Source: an uncultured Peptostreptococcaceae bacterium
Lineage (GTDB): Bacteria; Bacillota; Clostridia; Peptostreptococcales; Acidaminobacteraceae
Reading direction: 5' to 3'
Assembly (NCBI GenBank): GCA_964511875.1
Contig: CAZEHS010000004.1
Span: 5,028-69,027, forward strand
Length of the DNA stretch: 64,000 nt
Part shown: piece by piece, positions 49,323 through 58,186 of the stretch
How positions within the stretch are numbered: the stretch's first letter is position 1
How the letters are laid out: the number at the start of each line of letters is the position of its first letter
Notes under the pieces: generated by a model
Database searches by the model: none
What the model was told of the DNA's origin: nothing
What the model saw: the letters and a program-made list of their open reading frames with translations, nothing else
Position numbers and translations under genes: made by a program

Positions 49323-49451
49323 ATGAAGCGATCCTTGGTTCAGGTGGAATTTCTACTCCATCTGAACCTTAGTAGAGCGGATCCAGGGCCTCTACAGTTC
49401 TCTACTCCCGCTTTAGAAGCGGGAGTCTTAGAACTGTTAGGCATCGGATAA
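49323..49451 (+). repeat. Structured repeat family, copy C (129 nt)
   Basis: ATGAAGCGATCC...CTGTTAGGCATCGGATAA. Hairpin 1 is GGTTCAGGTGGAAT/ACTCCATCTGAACC. Confidence 0.9.
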
Positions 49452-49507
49452 TTGAGCATTTAAAACAAAAGAAGGTGATGAATTTACGGAAGCAGTATGA
49501 AATAAAT

Positions 49508-49519
49508 TTCCAGGTGGAA
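49508..49519. promoter_or_regulatory. Putative enhancer palindrome TTCCAGGTGGAA
   Basis: Matches 45853-45864 at 11 of 12 positions, with similar A-rich flanks. Confidence 0.5.
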
Positions 49520-49535
49520 GAAAAATACTCAGTGT

Positions 49536-49823
49536 GTGCCACCATTAATCCGTTGTGTCAGTATTATAGAGTTCTTTTCAAAGCATTGTACTTTGATAGC
49601 AACGATGACCACATCAGAAACTGAATGCTCTTTTTGGTTTGATTCTCATCCCGCGCGCCTTATAAAGGAAGCATATCCACACCATAAATGTATAGACATT
49701 ATCACTGCCGAGCGAGGTAAGCAATTTGATCCCGTAATTGTGGATGCGTTTATCAAGGTTGAGAAGCAATTTGAAGAGGTTTTATTTTGGCAAAACCTCT
49801 GTGATCAGTACAATGTTGGTTAA
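49536..49823 (+). pseudogene. Possible extreme C-terminal remnant of an HD-GYP-type protein
   Basis: Only KEAYPHHKCIDIITAERGKQFDPVIVDAFIKVEKQFEEV resembles the conserved tail (G.qFDP.vv.aF) of HD-GYP proteins. Confidence 0.35.
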
Positions 49824-49953
49824 TAGGGTGTTCAGCGAAGACCTTCTGGTGGTGTGTGAAATCTTTGAGGTGGTGTACTATACTTGATTGCATCGAAACA
49901 CGGATGGGTATGAAGTCTCCATCAAGGGACAACTGATGAGATGGAGGTGGCAT

Positions 49954-50385
49954 ATGGCGGAACTTAAGACCAAGCAGCACGATGGAGATGTGATGGCGTT
50001 TATCGAGGGATTTGCTGAAAGTGATCAGCGACGGCTAGATAGCTATGCACTTATTCAGCTTATGCAGGATTTTACGGGCTTCCCACCTAAAATGTGGGGA
50101 CCTTCGATGATAGGCTTTGGCAGTTATCACTATAAATCGGATCGAAGTAAACAGGAAGGGGATTGGCCACTTGTCGGCTTCTCCCCCAGGAAGGCAGCAA
50201 TATCACTCTATGTGTATACAGGACTGCCCGAGCACGAACAGTTGCTGAAGGCACTTGGTAAATACACAGTGGGAAAGGCCTGTGTCTACATTAAAAAATT
50301 GTCGGATATCGATCAGGAAGCACTGAAGCGACTGATGGGTGCCACCATTGAATATTTACAAACCAGATACAGCTTGAAACAATAA
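49954..50385 (+). CDS. DUF1801 (YdhG-like) domain protein
   Basis: GGAGGTGG RBS before the ATG at 49954. The family call comes from memory of the MWGPSMIGFGSYHY...AISLYV pattern. Confidence 0.45.
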   Translation: MAELKTKQHDGDVMAFIEGFAESDQRRLDSYALIQLMQDFTGFPPKMWGPSMIGFGSYHYKSDRSKQEGDWPLVGFSPRKAAISLYVYTGLPEHEQLLKALGKYTVGKACVYIKKLSDIDQEALKRLMGATIEYLQTRYSLKQ

Positions 50386-50422
50386 TTATGGTCAGCTTCC
50401 TCAAGACCTTGTACACCACGAT

Positions 50423-50552
50423 TTATCCGATGCCTAACAGTTCTAAGACTCCCGCTTCTAAAGCGGGAGTAGAGAACTGTAGAGGCCCTGGATCCGCTCT
50501 ACTAAGCTTCAGATGGAGTTGAAACTCCACCTGAAGCCAAGGATCGCTTCAT
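50423..50552 (-). repeat. Structured repeat family, copy D (130 nt, inverted)
   Basis: Its reverse complement reads ATGAAGCGATCCTTGGCTTCAGGTGGAGTTTCAACTCCATCTGAAGC...GTTAGGCATCGGATAA. Confidence 0.9.
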
Positions 50553-50891
50553 CTTGATTCTGACATGTCGGCCTGTATTTGAGTTTTAATTGGGGATCGG
50601 GCTTTCAAGGAGCTAACTTCTACAAGGATTAAGATCTGTAGGACGTCTGGCTCTTTTTTTATTGTCACAAATAAGAAACGCAGGCATATCCAAAAAGCCG
50701 GTCCTCTGATAATTGTTATAGCCTACTATTACTTTACTCCCTAAAGTCAATTTTACTTTGCTATTGATATATGTTTTGAAGAATTTTCTGAATTCATGAT
50801 TCTTATCATTGCCAAAGGTCAAGAAGTTTTGACGAATGCATGATTATGCGTTACCATGAAGTCATATTTTAACGGAAGGTCTGGTGATAAA

Positions 50892-52667
50892 ATGAAGATT
50901 GGTTTTCGTGCAAAAGTGCTTCTATCAATCTCAGCGATCTCCATTTTGTCATCGGTCATCATTTCTGCGGTTTATTTCAACCGTTCTGCACAGATGGTAG
51001 AGCAGAACTACATCCGTTCTTTGTGGAACACGCTTTCTGTTTCTATGGAAACATTTGAAGGAACGGCGCAGGACTCCTATAATGTCGCCGTGCGATTGAG
51101 CAACGATAAGGTCCTGATCGACATGATCACCCAATATGCCGAGCATAAAGGCGGTGTGAATCAGGCGCTGGACATTAATGCCTATCTCAAACAGTTTCAG
51201 CCGGACGGCGGCATGATCGATTCAATTTATATCTATATGCCTGAACGAAAACAAGTCATCACTTCGATAGAATATCACGCATTGCAGGAAATATTTCTGC
51301 CGGAGAATTATCCGTGGTTTCAACTGAATGAAAATGGGTTGGGCGGCACAGGGCTTAGCCCTGCCGTCATTGTAGACCGTATAAGCCGTGCACCTAAATA
51401 TGTCATTACTTATTCGCGCGATATCTATAACCCGGAGGGGACCCAACGCATTGCTACGCTGGCTGTGAATTTGGATGAACGGCAGCTGTCCTATCAGCTA
51501 CTCAATAACGAGCGGGTGGGTGAAAACCGATATTATCTGGTAGACTCCAGCGGGATAATAGCATCAGGGGTAAGCGTTTCACAGTTAGGTAAGAATCTGA
51601 TCAGTCAGCTTCAATTGGCACCCTCAGGCAATCAAAGCTGGGAGGAACGGACCCAAACCATCGATGTAATCGATGATCTGCTCGTTGCATCCGTGCGTTC
51701 ATCCATGACAGGGTATCGCATCGTGTGTGTGGCTAAACGGTCTGAACTGGTGAACAACCTGCAACAACAACAGGGGTTTGTAATCACGTTACTTATTTTG
51801 ACATTGCTTGTCATGCTGATGTTGGCATCCATGATGTCGAAATGGATGTATAAGCCGGTTAAACTATTGAAGGATACTATGGAAAAGGTCAGTAACGGAG
51901 ACCTTGCGGCAAGAACGCCGGTGACCGGCAACGACGAAATAGCCATATTAGGGAAAGGATTCAATGAAACCATTGCACGGATTGAAAACCTAATCGGAGA
52001 GCTTGTCAGTGAGCGCATACACAAGAAGGAAGCCGAATTGGAAGCGTTGCAGTATCAGATTACACCGCACTTTATGTATAATACTCTCAATTCCATCAAG
52101 TATGCCGCCGTGCTCCAAGGTGCTGAACGTTTAAGCGAGCAGTTGGGAGCGTTCATAGAACTGCTGCAGGCCAGCATAAACCGCAGAGGGGCTTTTCTCA
52201 CCGTAAATGAAGAACTGAGAATGGTCGAAAACTATGTTAAGCTTCAGCGGTTTCGCTATATGAGCAGCTTCGAGGTCCTTTACGATGTACAGGATGAAGT
52301 CAGGGAATTATATGTACCAAGACTCTTGATTCAGCCCTTGCTGGAGAATGCCATCCTGCATGGCGGCAATTTGGAAGGCACCAATAGTCAGATTGGAATA
52401 TCGGCAGCCTTGGAAGGCGGGCAATTGATATTCTCCATCTTCGACAATGGGAACGGAATGTCTGAAGAACAGATACAGGAACTGATGAGGATCGAACCTT
52501 TGAAAAAAGGACGTTTCAGCGGTATTGGTGTTGCCAATATACAGGAACGGCTCAGACTGTATTATGGGGAACGGGCTTCACTGGATTATTCCAGTGGTCA
52601 GGGGGCAGGAACCTGTGCCCGTATTTGTATGCCGGCCAGCTCTGATCCAGATGAATTTGCGATATAG
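50892..52667 (+). CDS. YesM/LytS-type sensor histidine kinase (HAMP + His_kinase + HATPase)
   Basis: ALQYQITPHFMYNTLNSI H-region of PF06580-type kinases, with two TM segments. Start may be 50856 or 50892. Confidence 0.8.
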   Translation: MKIGFRAKVLLSISAISILSSVIISAVYFNRSAQMVEQNYIRSLWNTLSVSMETFEGTAQDSYNVAVRLSNDKVLIDMITQYAEHKGGVNQALDINAYLKQFQPDGGMIDSIYIYMPERKQVITSIEYHALQEIFLPENYPWFQLNENGLGGTGLSPAVIVDRISRAPKYVITYSRDIYNPEGTQRIATLAVNLDERQLSYQLLNNERVGENRYYLVDSSGIIASGVSVSQLGKNLISQLQLAPSGNQSWEERTQTIDVIDDLLVASVRSSMTGYRIVCVAKRSELVNNLQQQQGFVITLLILTLLVMLMLASMMSKWMYKPVKLLKDTMEKVSNGDLAARTPVTGNDEIAILGKGFNETIARIENLIGELVSERIHKKEAELEALQYQITPHFMYNTLNSIKYAAVLQGAERLSEQLGAFIELLQASINRRGAFLTVNEELRMVENYVKLQRFRYMSSFEVLYDVQDEVRELYVPRLLIQPLLENAILHGGNLEGTNSQIGISAALEGGQLIFSIFDNGNGMSEEQIQELMRIEPLKKGRFSGIGVANIQERLRLYYGERASLDYSSGQGAGTCARICMPASSDPDEFAI

Positions 52668-52675
52668 GTGATATC

Positions 52676-53635
52676 ATGAAAAAACATTGGGTGCTTTGCA
52701 TAATGATCTGTTTTATCGTGTGTGGTTGCAGCCCTGTCACGGATAGCTCCGTGCAGCCGCTTCAGAACCAGCACACAATCGGTATCCTGTTAAAAGCGAT
52801 GAACAGCCAGCATTGGCGTGATGTGCAGTCCGGCATTCAGGATGCCGCCCGTGAAGCCGGTGTAGCAACCATAGTATTGTATCCTGAAAATGAAACCAGT
52901 GTTCGTCAGCAGGAGGCTATGTTCAAAGATATGTTGAAATCCAAACCCGATGCAATCATATGGGCTCCGTGCGATTCGACACAATGCAGGGAACTGGTGG
53001 AACTGGCGGAGCGGGAAAATGTCAAAGTCTATGCTCTGGATACCCGTCCCGAAGACATCGTGCTTCCATTCATTGGGGCAGATAATCAGAATATCGGTAA
53101 ACTGGCCGCTGAACGCATCATTCAACTAACCGGTGGGACAGGGAAGGTTGCCATAATATCCGGCAGTATCATGCAGTCTTCCCATACGGAAAGAATCATG
53201 GGTTTCCAAAATACATTGAAGGGTACGGAGCTGAATCTTGTCTCAATCGAGAATGCAGATTCCGATTATCGACTTTCCATGGAAAAAATGAAAAAGCTCA
53301 TGAATGCTTATCCTGATCTGGCAGGTGTGTTCTGCACCAGTGCGGTCATGGGGCTGGGGGCAGTTGAACAGAGTCGTGCCACCTATGACAGGCCGCTCAG
53401 CATTGTGGCGGTAGATACCCAGGATGATGCCCTTACTGCTATACAGAACGGCACTCTGCACGGGCTCATAACCCAGAGCGGTTATGAAGCGGGATACACG
53501 GCGATACAAGTAGTGGAGAAAGGACTGAATGGGTTCAAGGTACCGATGAATACCTATATCGGGAGTGAGCTTGTCACACGGAATAACGTGATTGATTATC
53601 AGAAAAGGTCTCAATCACAGGGGGATTTACAATGA
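52676..53635 (+). CDS. Periplasmic sugar-binding lipoprotein associated with the two-component system
   Basis: Lipobox VCGCS. Ribose-binding-protein fold. Sandwiched between the kinase and regulator genes. Confidence 0.75.
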   Translation: MKKHWVLCIMICFIVCGCSPVTDSSVQPLQNQHTIGILLKAMNSQHWRDVQSGIQDAAREAGVATIVLYPENETSVRQQEAMFKDMLKSKPDAIIWAPCDSTQCRELVELAERENVKVYALDTRPEDIVLPFIGADNQNIGKLAAERIIQLTGGTGKVAIISGSIMQSSHTERIMGFQNTLKGTELNLVSIENADSDYRLSMEKMKKLMNAYPDLAGVFCTSAVMGLGAVEQSRATYDRPLSIVAVDTQDDALTAIQNGTLHGLITQSGYEAGYTAIQVVEKGLNGFKVPMNTYIGSELVTRNNVIDYQKRSQSQGDLQ

Positions 53636-55143
53636 TTAAGGTTCTTATTGTTGACGATGATTTTCTTGTGAGAATGTTCCTTAAGCAGCTCACGAATTGG
53701 ACTCAGGCGGGATATGAAATTGTGGGCGACGCCCGCAACGGTGCGGAAGCTCTGGTACTGTTCAAACAGCATCGGCCGGAGCTGATCATTACGGATTTGT
53801 GCATGCCCGGCATGAGCGGGCTTGAGCTGATCCGGCAGGTGAAATCTGAAGAGCCGTCCACGAAGGTTGTTGTTCTCAGCTGCCACGATGAATTCGAATT
53901 CGTACGCGAAGCGATGCAGTTGGGTGCCGATGATTATGTGCTAAAGAACATTCTGGATGAAAAGGAACTGCTCAGACAATTGGATGCCATTCGTGTAAAA
54001 ATAGAACAAACCACGGAAAAGGCATATAAGGAGAAGGAACTGCAAAGACTGGCACGTATGGGAACAGATATGCTTCGCATGGAACTGGTGGAACAGCTGA
54101 GGTCAGGGGAATTGACCCATGGCGGACAGCAAAAACTCATGAAGGATGCAGGACTAAAAGGAGAATACCCGGTCTGTGCTGTGCTGATGGTAACTGGGAC
54201 AGCCATGAGGGGTAACTCTTTGCAGGAAGTATGTCAACAGTATTGCCGCACGAAGGCAGCAGAAGCAGTTGAATGGACTTCCGGCAATTGCTGCATATTT
54301 GCGGATGTCAGTGCATACATTACACGTGACCGGCAGCAAGAATATGTGCGTAATTTTTCGCAGGGTCTTATGAACTGCGTTCATGAGTATCTCAATATCG
54401 ATCCCGATGTGGGTGTAAGCAATGTGCAATCCGGGGACGGCAGATTGGCAACGGCAGTTTTACAGGCACATGCCGCACTTCAGTGGTGTTTTTATTCGCC
54501 CGGAGTCCATGTTTATGACCCGACTGCCGTTATGAATACCCAGTGGCCCCAATCGGCAGCGCGTTTCCTCAATACGTTTGCACAGGCTGTTGAAGGATGC
54601 AGAGGAGAAGATATCCTGACCGGGGGATACCTGATATTGGAAGCGTTCCAGAGCGAACATACTGCTCCGGAAGCTATCGGAAGATGGTTCACAAGACTGG
54701 AGATGGAAGGCAAATTCCAGGCGAGCCGGAAGATTCCTGTGAATCTTGCAGCATGTAGAATACGGTTCAAAGAGTATGCTGAAAACGTGCAGCGATCCAA
54801 CGGACTAAAGGAACAGACCGGAGGAAACCGGGCCATTGAAACTGCTCTCGAATTCATCCGCCTACACTATTCGGAGCCGATTTCCCTTACACATGTAGCG
54901 GGTGCGGCACATCTGAATCCCGCATATCTTTCCCATCTTTTCAAGCTGGAGACCGGCGTGAATTTCAGCGAATATCTTCTGCGCTGCCGGATAGGCAAGG
55001 CGAAGGAACTGATTCTCAGTTCGGATAAGCCGTTGAACCAGTTGGCTGCACAGGCAGGCTTCTTCGATTATCGTAATTTCTGCAAGCTTTTCAAAAGAGA
55101 GACCGGCTTACGTCCTGCAGAATTCCGGAATCGAAAGATCTGA
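53632..55143 (+). CDS. YesN-type response regulator (REC + AraC HTH)
   Basis: VLIVDDD...DLCMPGMSG receiver. C-terminal AraC HTH LSHLFKLETGVNFSEYLLRCRIGKAKELI. ATGA overlap with the previous gene. Confidence 0.85.
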   Translation: MIKVLIVDDDFLVRMFLKQLTNWTQAGYEIVGDARNGAEALVLFKQHRPELIITDLCMPGMSGLELIRQVKSEEPSTKVVVLSCHDEFEFVREAMQLGADDYVLKNILDEKELLRQLDAIRVKIEQTTEKAYKEKELQRLARMGTDMLRMELVEQLRSGELTHGGQQKLMKDAGLKGEYPVCAVLMVTGTAMRGNSLQEVCQQYCRTKAAEAVEWTSGNCCIFADVSAYITRDRQQEYVRNFSQGLMNCVHEYLNIDPDVGVSNVQSGDGRLATAVLQAHAALQWCFYSPGVHVYDPTAVMNTQWPQSAARFLNTFAQAVEGCRGEDILTGGYLILEAFQSEHTAPEAIGRWFTRLEMEGKFQASRKIPVNLAACRIRFKEYAENVQRSNGLKEQTGGNRAIETALEFIRLHYSEPISLTHVAGAAHLNPAYLSHLFKLETGVNFSEYLLRCRIGKAKELILSSDKPLNQLAAQAGFFDYRNFCKLFKRETGLRPAEFRNRKI

Positions 55144-55328
55144 CACTTTTCTAAAAAAAGAACACCCTTTTGTCCACGTGAGTTGATGTGGTCAAGGGAG
55201 TGTTCTTTTTTTGCGTGAAATATCCAAAATTTTGCGAACATTTCGAAAGTACTGATCACTGCCGATGAAAACGATATCCTGATATCCTTAGTTTAAAGAC
55301 AGGGCAGCCTGAAACAGGAGGAAACATA

Positions 55329-56336
55329 ATGAAAGTTGGAATTATCGGCGCCGGGCGTATTGGAAAGGTCCATGCCCAAAATATCTCAATGTTCGTGCCG
55401 GAAATGAAAATCAAGACCATTGCAGATCCTTACATGAATGAGGAAACAAGAGGATTTGCACAACGCTTCGGTATTGAAAACGCTGTCAATGATGCGGAAG
55501 AGATCCTGAATGATCCTGAAATTGAAGCCGTACTGATCTGTTCATCGACAGATACTCATTCAAAGTACATCATTGAAGCTGCAAAAGCCGGGAAGCATAT
55601 TTTCTGCGAAAAGCCGATCGACTACGATCTGGCGAAAGTCCACGAAGCCATCAATGCAGCAAAGGATGCCGGTGTAAAGCTTCAGATAGGCTTCTGCCGA
55701 CGGTTTGACCACAACCACAGGGCTGTCTATGATATGGTGCAGTCCGGCAAAGTGGGTAAACCCAACATCATCAAAATAAGCTCCAGAGATCCGGAGCCTC
55801 CCCCAGTGGAATATGTAAAAGTATCTGGCGGCATCTTTTACGATATGATGATCCATGATTTCGACATGGCCCGTTTTCTTGCTGGAAGCGAAGTGATTGA
55901 AGTGCATGCTGTCGGTTCAGTACTGGTGGATCCGGCCATCGGAGAAGCCGGCGATGTGGATACGGCTGTGGTGACCTTGAAATTCGAATCCGGCGCCATT
56001 GGCATAATCGACAACAGTCGTAAGGCAGTATACGGCTACGATCAACGGGTAGAAGTTTTCGGATCGGAAGGATGTGCAGTCAACGGAAATGATATTCCCA
56101 ACACGGCGATGCTTTGGAATGGGGAAGGTTCAACAGGAGGAACGGCATATAAAGTCATGTGGGACCGCTATACCGGTGCTTTTGTGGATGAATTGAAAGC
56201 TTTTGCAGAGGCAGTTGCGAAGGATCAGGAGCCTCCGGTAACCGGAATGGACGGACTGTATCCCGTGCTGATGGCGGCTGCAGCTACCAAATCCATTAAA
56301 GAAGGTAGACCGGTCAAAATTTCGGAGGTTGAATGA
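55329..56336 (+). CDS. Gfo/Idh/MocA-family oxidoreductase, inositol 2-dehydrogenase-like
   Basis: MKVGIIGAGRIGKVHA Rossmann motif and FCEKP motif. Confidence 0.75.
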   Translation: MKVGIIGAGRIGKVHAQNISMFVPEMKIKTIADPYMNEETRGFAQRFGIENAVNDAEEILNDPEIEAVLICSSTDTHSKYIIEAAKAGKHIFCEKPIDYDLAKVHEAINAAKDAGVKLQIGFCRRFDHNHRAVYDMVQSGKVGKPNIIKISSRDPEPPPVEYVKVSGGIFYDMMIHDFDMARFLAGSEVIEVHAVGSVLVDPAIGEAGDVDTAVVTLKFESGAIGIIDNSRKAVYGYDQRVEVFGSEGCAVNGNDIPNTAMLWNGEGSTGGTAYKVMWDRYTGAFVDELKAFAEAVAKDQEPPVTGMDGLYPVLMAAAATKSIKEGRPVKISEVE

Positions 56337-56337
56337 C

Positions 56338-57132
56338 ATGGCTTTGAAAAAATGTGCATGTATCGACACACTCTACACGGAGGTCACGTGGTTTGACCGT
56401 TTTGCGGCTGCAAAAGCCGATGGATTTGATGCAGTGGAGTTCTGGGACTGGCGCCCGCATGATCTGGATATGGTAAGGGCAGCTGCGGAGACCGCAGGAA
56501 TCAATATCAGCGGATTCAATGGCGATGCAGATTACTCACTTATAGATCCGACTCATAAAGCTGCATACCTGGGTTATCTGAAACAATCAGTCGCGGCAGC
56601 CAAGAAAATAGGTGCTTCCAGTGTAACGATCCATTCCAATGCATTAGGCGAAGGTGGAATCGTAGTGAATCATTATGATGAGCTTTCATATACCGTAAAG
56701 CTGTGTTCCATGTATGACACATTGCTGGAATGTGTGAAGATAGCCGAAGCAGAGGATATACTCCTTAATCTTGAAGCACTCAATATCACAACAGACCATG
56801 CAGGGAACTTTCTAGTGAATACTCAGATGGGGGCTGAAATATGCCGCTTAATCAATTCACCGAAATTAAAACTGCTGTACGATGTCTACCATATGCAGCT
56901 GAATGAAGGAAGCATTTGCGATACGCTGAGCAGATATGCGGATCAGATCGGTCATATTCATGTCGCTGACGCTCCCGGCAGGCATGAGCCAGGAACAGGC
57001 GAAATCAACTACAAAAAAGTGCTTACACATCTCGAAACCCTTGGCTACACAGGACGTATCGGCTATGAACTGTTTCCGATGACAGACACTGCTTCGGCAG
57101 TGGAAGCCATAAAGAAAAACAAGGAGGAATAA
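56338..57132 (+). CDS. Xylose-isomerase-like TIM-barrel protein (hydroxypyruvate-isomerase-like)
   Basis: FAAAKADGFDAVEFW and HIHVADAPGRHEPGTGEINY are typical of the Hyi/AP_endonuc_2 family. Confidence 0.65.
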   Translation: MALKKCACIDTLYTEVTWFDRFAAAKADGFDAVEFWDWRPHDLDMVRAAAETAGINISGFNGDADYSLIDPTHKAAYLGYLKQSVAAAKKIGASSVTIHSNALGEGGIVVNHYDELSYTVKLCSMYDTLLECVKIAEAEDILLNLEALNITTDHAGNFLVNTQMGAEICRLINSPKLKLLYDVYHMQLNEGSICDTLSRYADQIGHIHVADAPGRHEPGTGEINYKKVLTHLETLGYTGRIGYELFPMTDTASAVEAIKKNKEE

Positions 57133-58118
57133 TGATGAAAAAGAAACTGACAGCATTGGTTCTTGCGGGATTGATGGTTTTTTCTCTGGCAGGGTGCAGT
57201 ACACCTGCACCCGCAGCAGATGCCGCTGCACCAGCCGCACCTGCTGCTGACAAACCGATTCATATCGGGATTGTCGTCAAATCCATGGCAGACCAGCACT
57301 GGAACCTGGTAAAAGCCGGAGCTATGGCAAAGGCAAGGGAACTCGGCGTGCAGGTGGATGTTATTGGACCCAACGCTGAATCGGATGTTCAGGGTCAGGT
57401 AGACATGATTGACAACATGGTCGGTCAGGGCGTAAGTGCATTAGCCGTTGCCCCTTCTTCGCAGGATGCAGTAATTGGTTCTTTCCAGAAGGCCGCTGAT
57501 GCAGGTATTCCGATTCTGACCATTGATACAGATACTACCTTTGAAAAGCGTTTGTCTTTCATTGGCACGGGAAACTATGATGCAGCGAAGGCTGGTGGCG
57601 AAGCTGCTGCAAAAGTGGTGGGTTCAGGCAAGAAAGCTGTGATTCTTCGCGGTCGTTTAGGCGATCCAACCCATGATCAGCGCCAGCAGGGATTTGAAGA
57701 GGCCCTGAAAGCAGCGGGAGTGGAAATCATTGATGTGAAGGCAGCAGATTCCGATGCAGAAAAGGCAATGAACATCATGCAGGATCTCCTTCAGGTTTAC
57801 CCCCAGATTGATTTGGTAGTCTCCACAACCGATAGTCAGGCATTGGGTGCGCAACGGGCAATTGAAGCAGCAAGCGCCAAAACGATCATCATGAGTTTCG
57901 ACGGCACTTCAGATGTCTGCGCATTGATCCAGCAGGGTAAAGTCATGGGCAGCGTTGCTCAAAACCCATACGGGATGGGTGAACTTGCTGTTGAGAATGC
58001 CATAAAAGCCGCTAAGGGCGAAAGTGTTGAAGCAAGAATTGATTCCGGTGCTGTTGTTGTGATGACCGAAAATGTTGACAGTTATCTGGAAGATTTGAAT
58101 AAAAAAATGGGTCAGTAA
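57132..58118 (+). CDS. Sugar ABC substrate-binding lipoprotein (RbsB-type)
   Basis: Lipobox SLAGCS, Ala/Pro linker, Peripla_BP_4-like body. Confidence 0.8.
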   Translation: MMKKKLTALVLAGLMVFSLAGCSTPAPAADAAAPAAPAADKPIHIGIVVKSMADQHWNLVKAGAMAKARELGVQVDVIGPNAESDVQGQVDMIDNMVGQGVSALAVAPSSQDAVIGSFQKAADAGIPILTIDTDTTFEKRLSFIGTGNYDAAKAGGEAAAKVVGSGKKAVILRGRLGDPTHDQRQQGFEEALKAAGVEIIDVKAADSDAEKAMNIMQDLLQVYPQIDLVVSTTDSQALGAQRAIEAASAKTIIMSFDGTSDVCALIQQGKVMGSVAQNPYGMGELAVENAIKAAKGESVEARIDSGAVVVMTENVDSYLEDLNKKMGQ

Positions 58119-58186
58119 TAGTGATTTGAGGGCGGGAGCATTGTTTTGCTCCTGCCCGATATAATAAAAAAGGTCGGTGAAGGTAC

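Noticed and set aside
49266-49451. ORFs translated across repeat copies (49266..49451, 27417..27599)
   Set aside because: The reading frames differ between copies because of indels, and A and B carry an immediate stop. The conservation is at nucleotide and structure level, not protein level.
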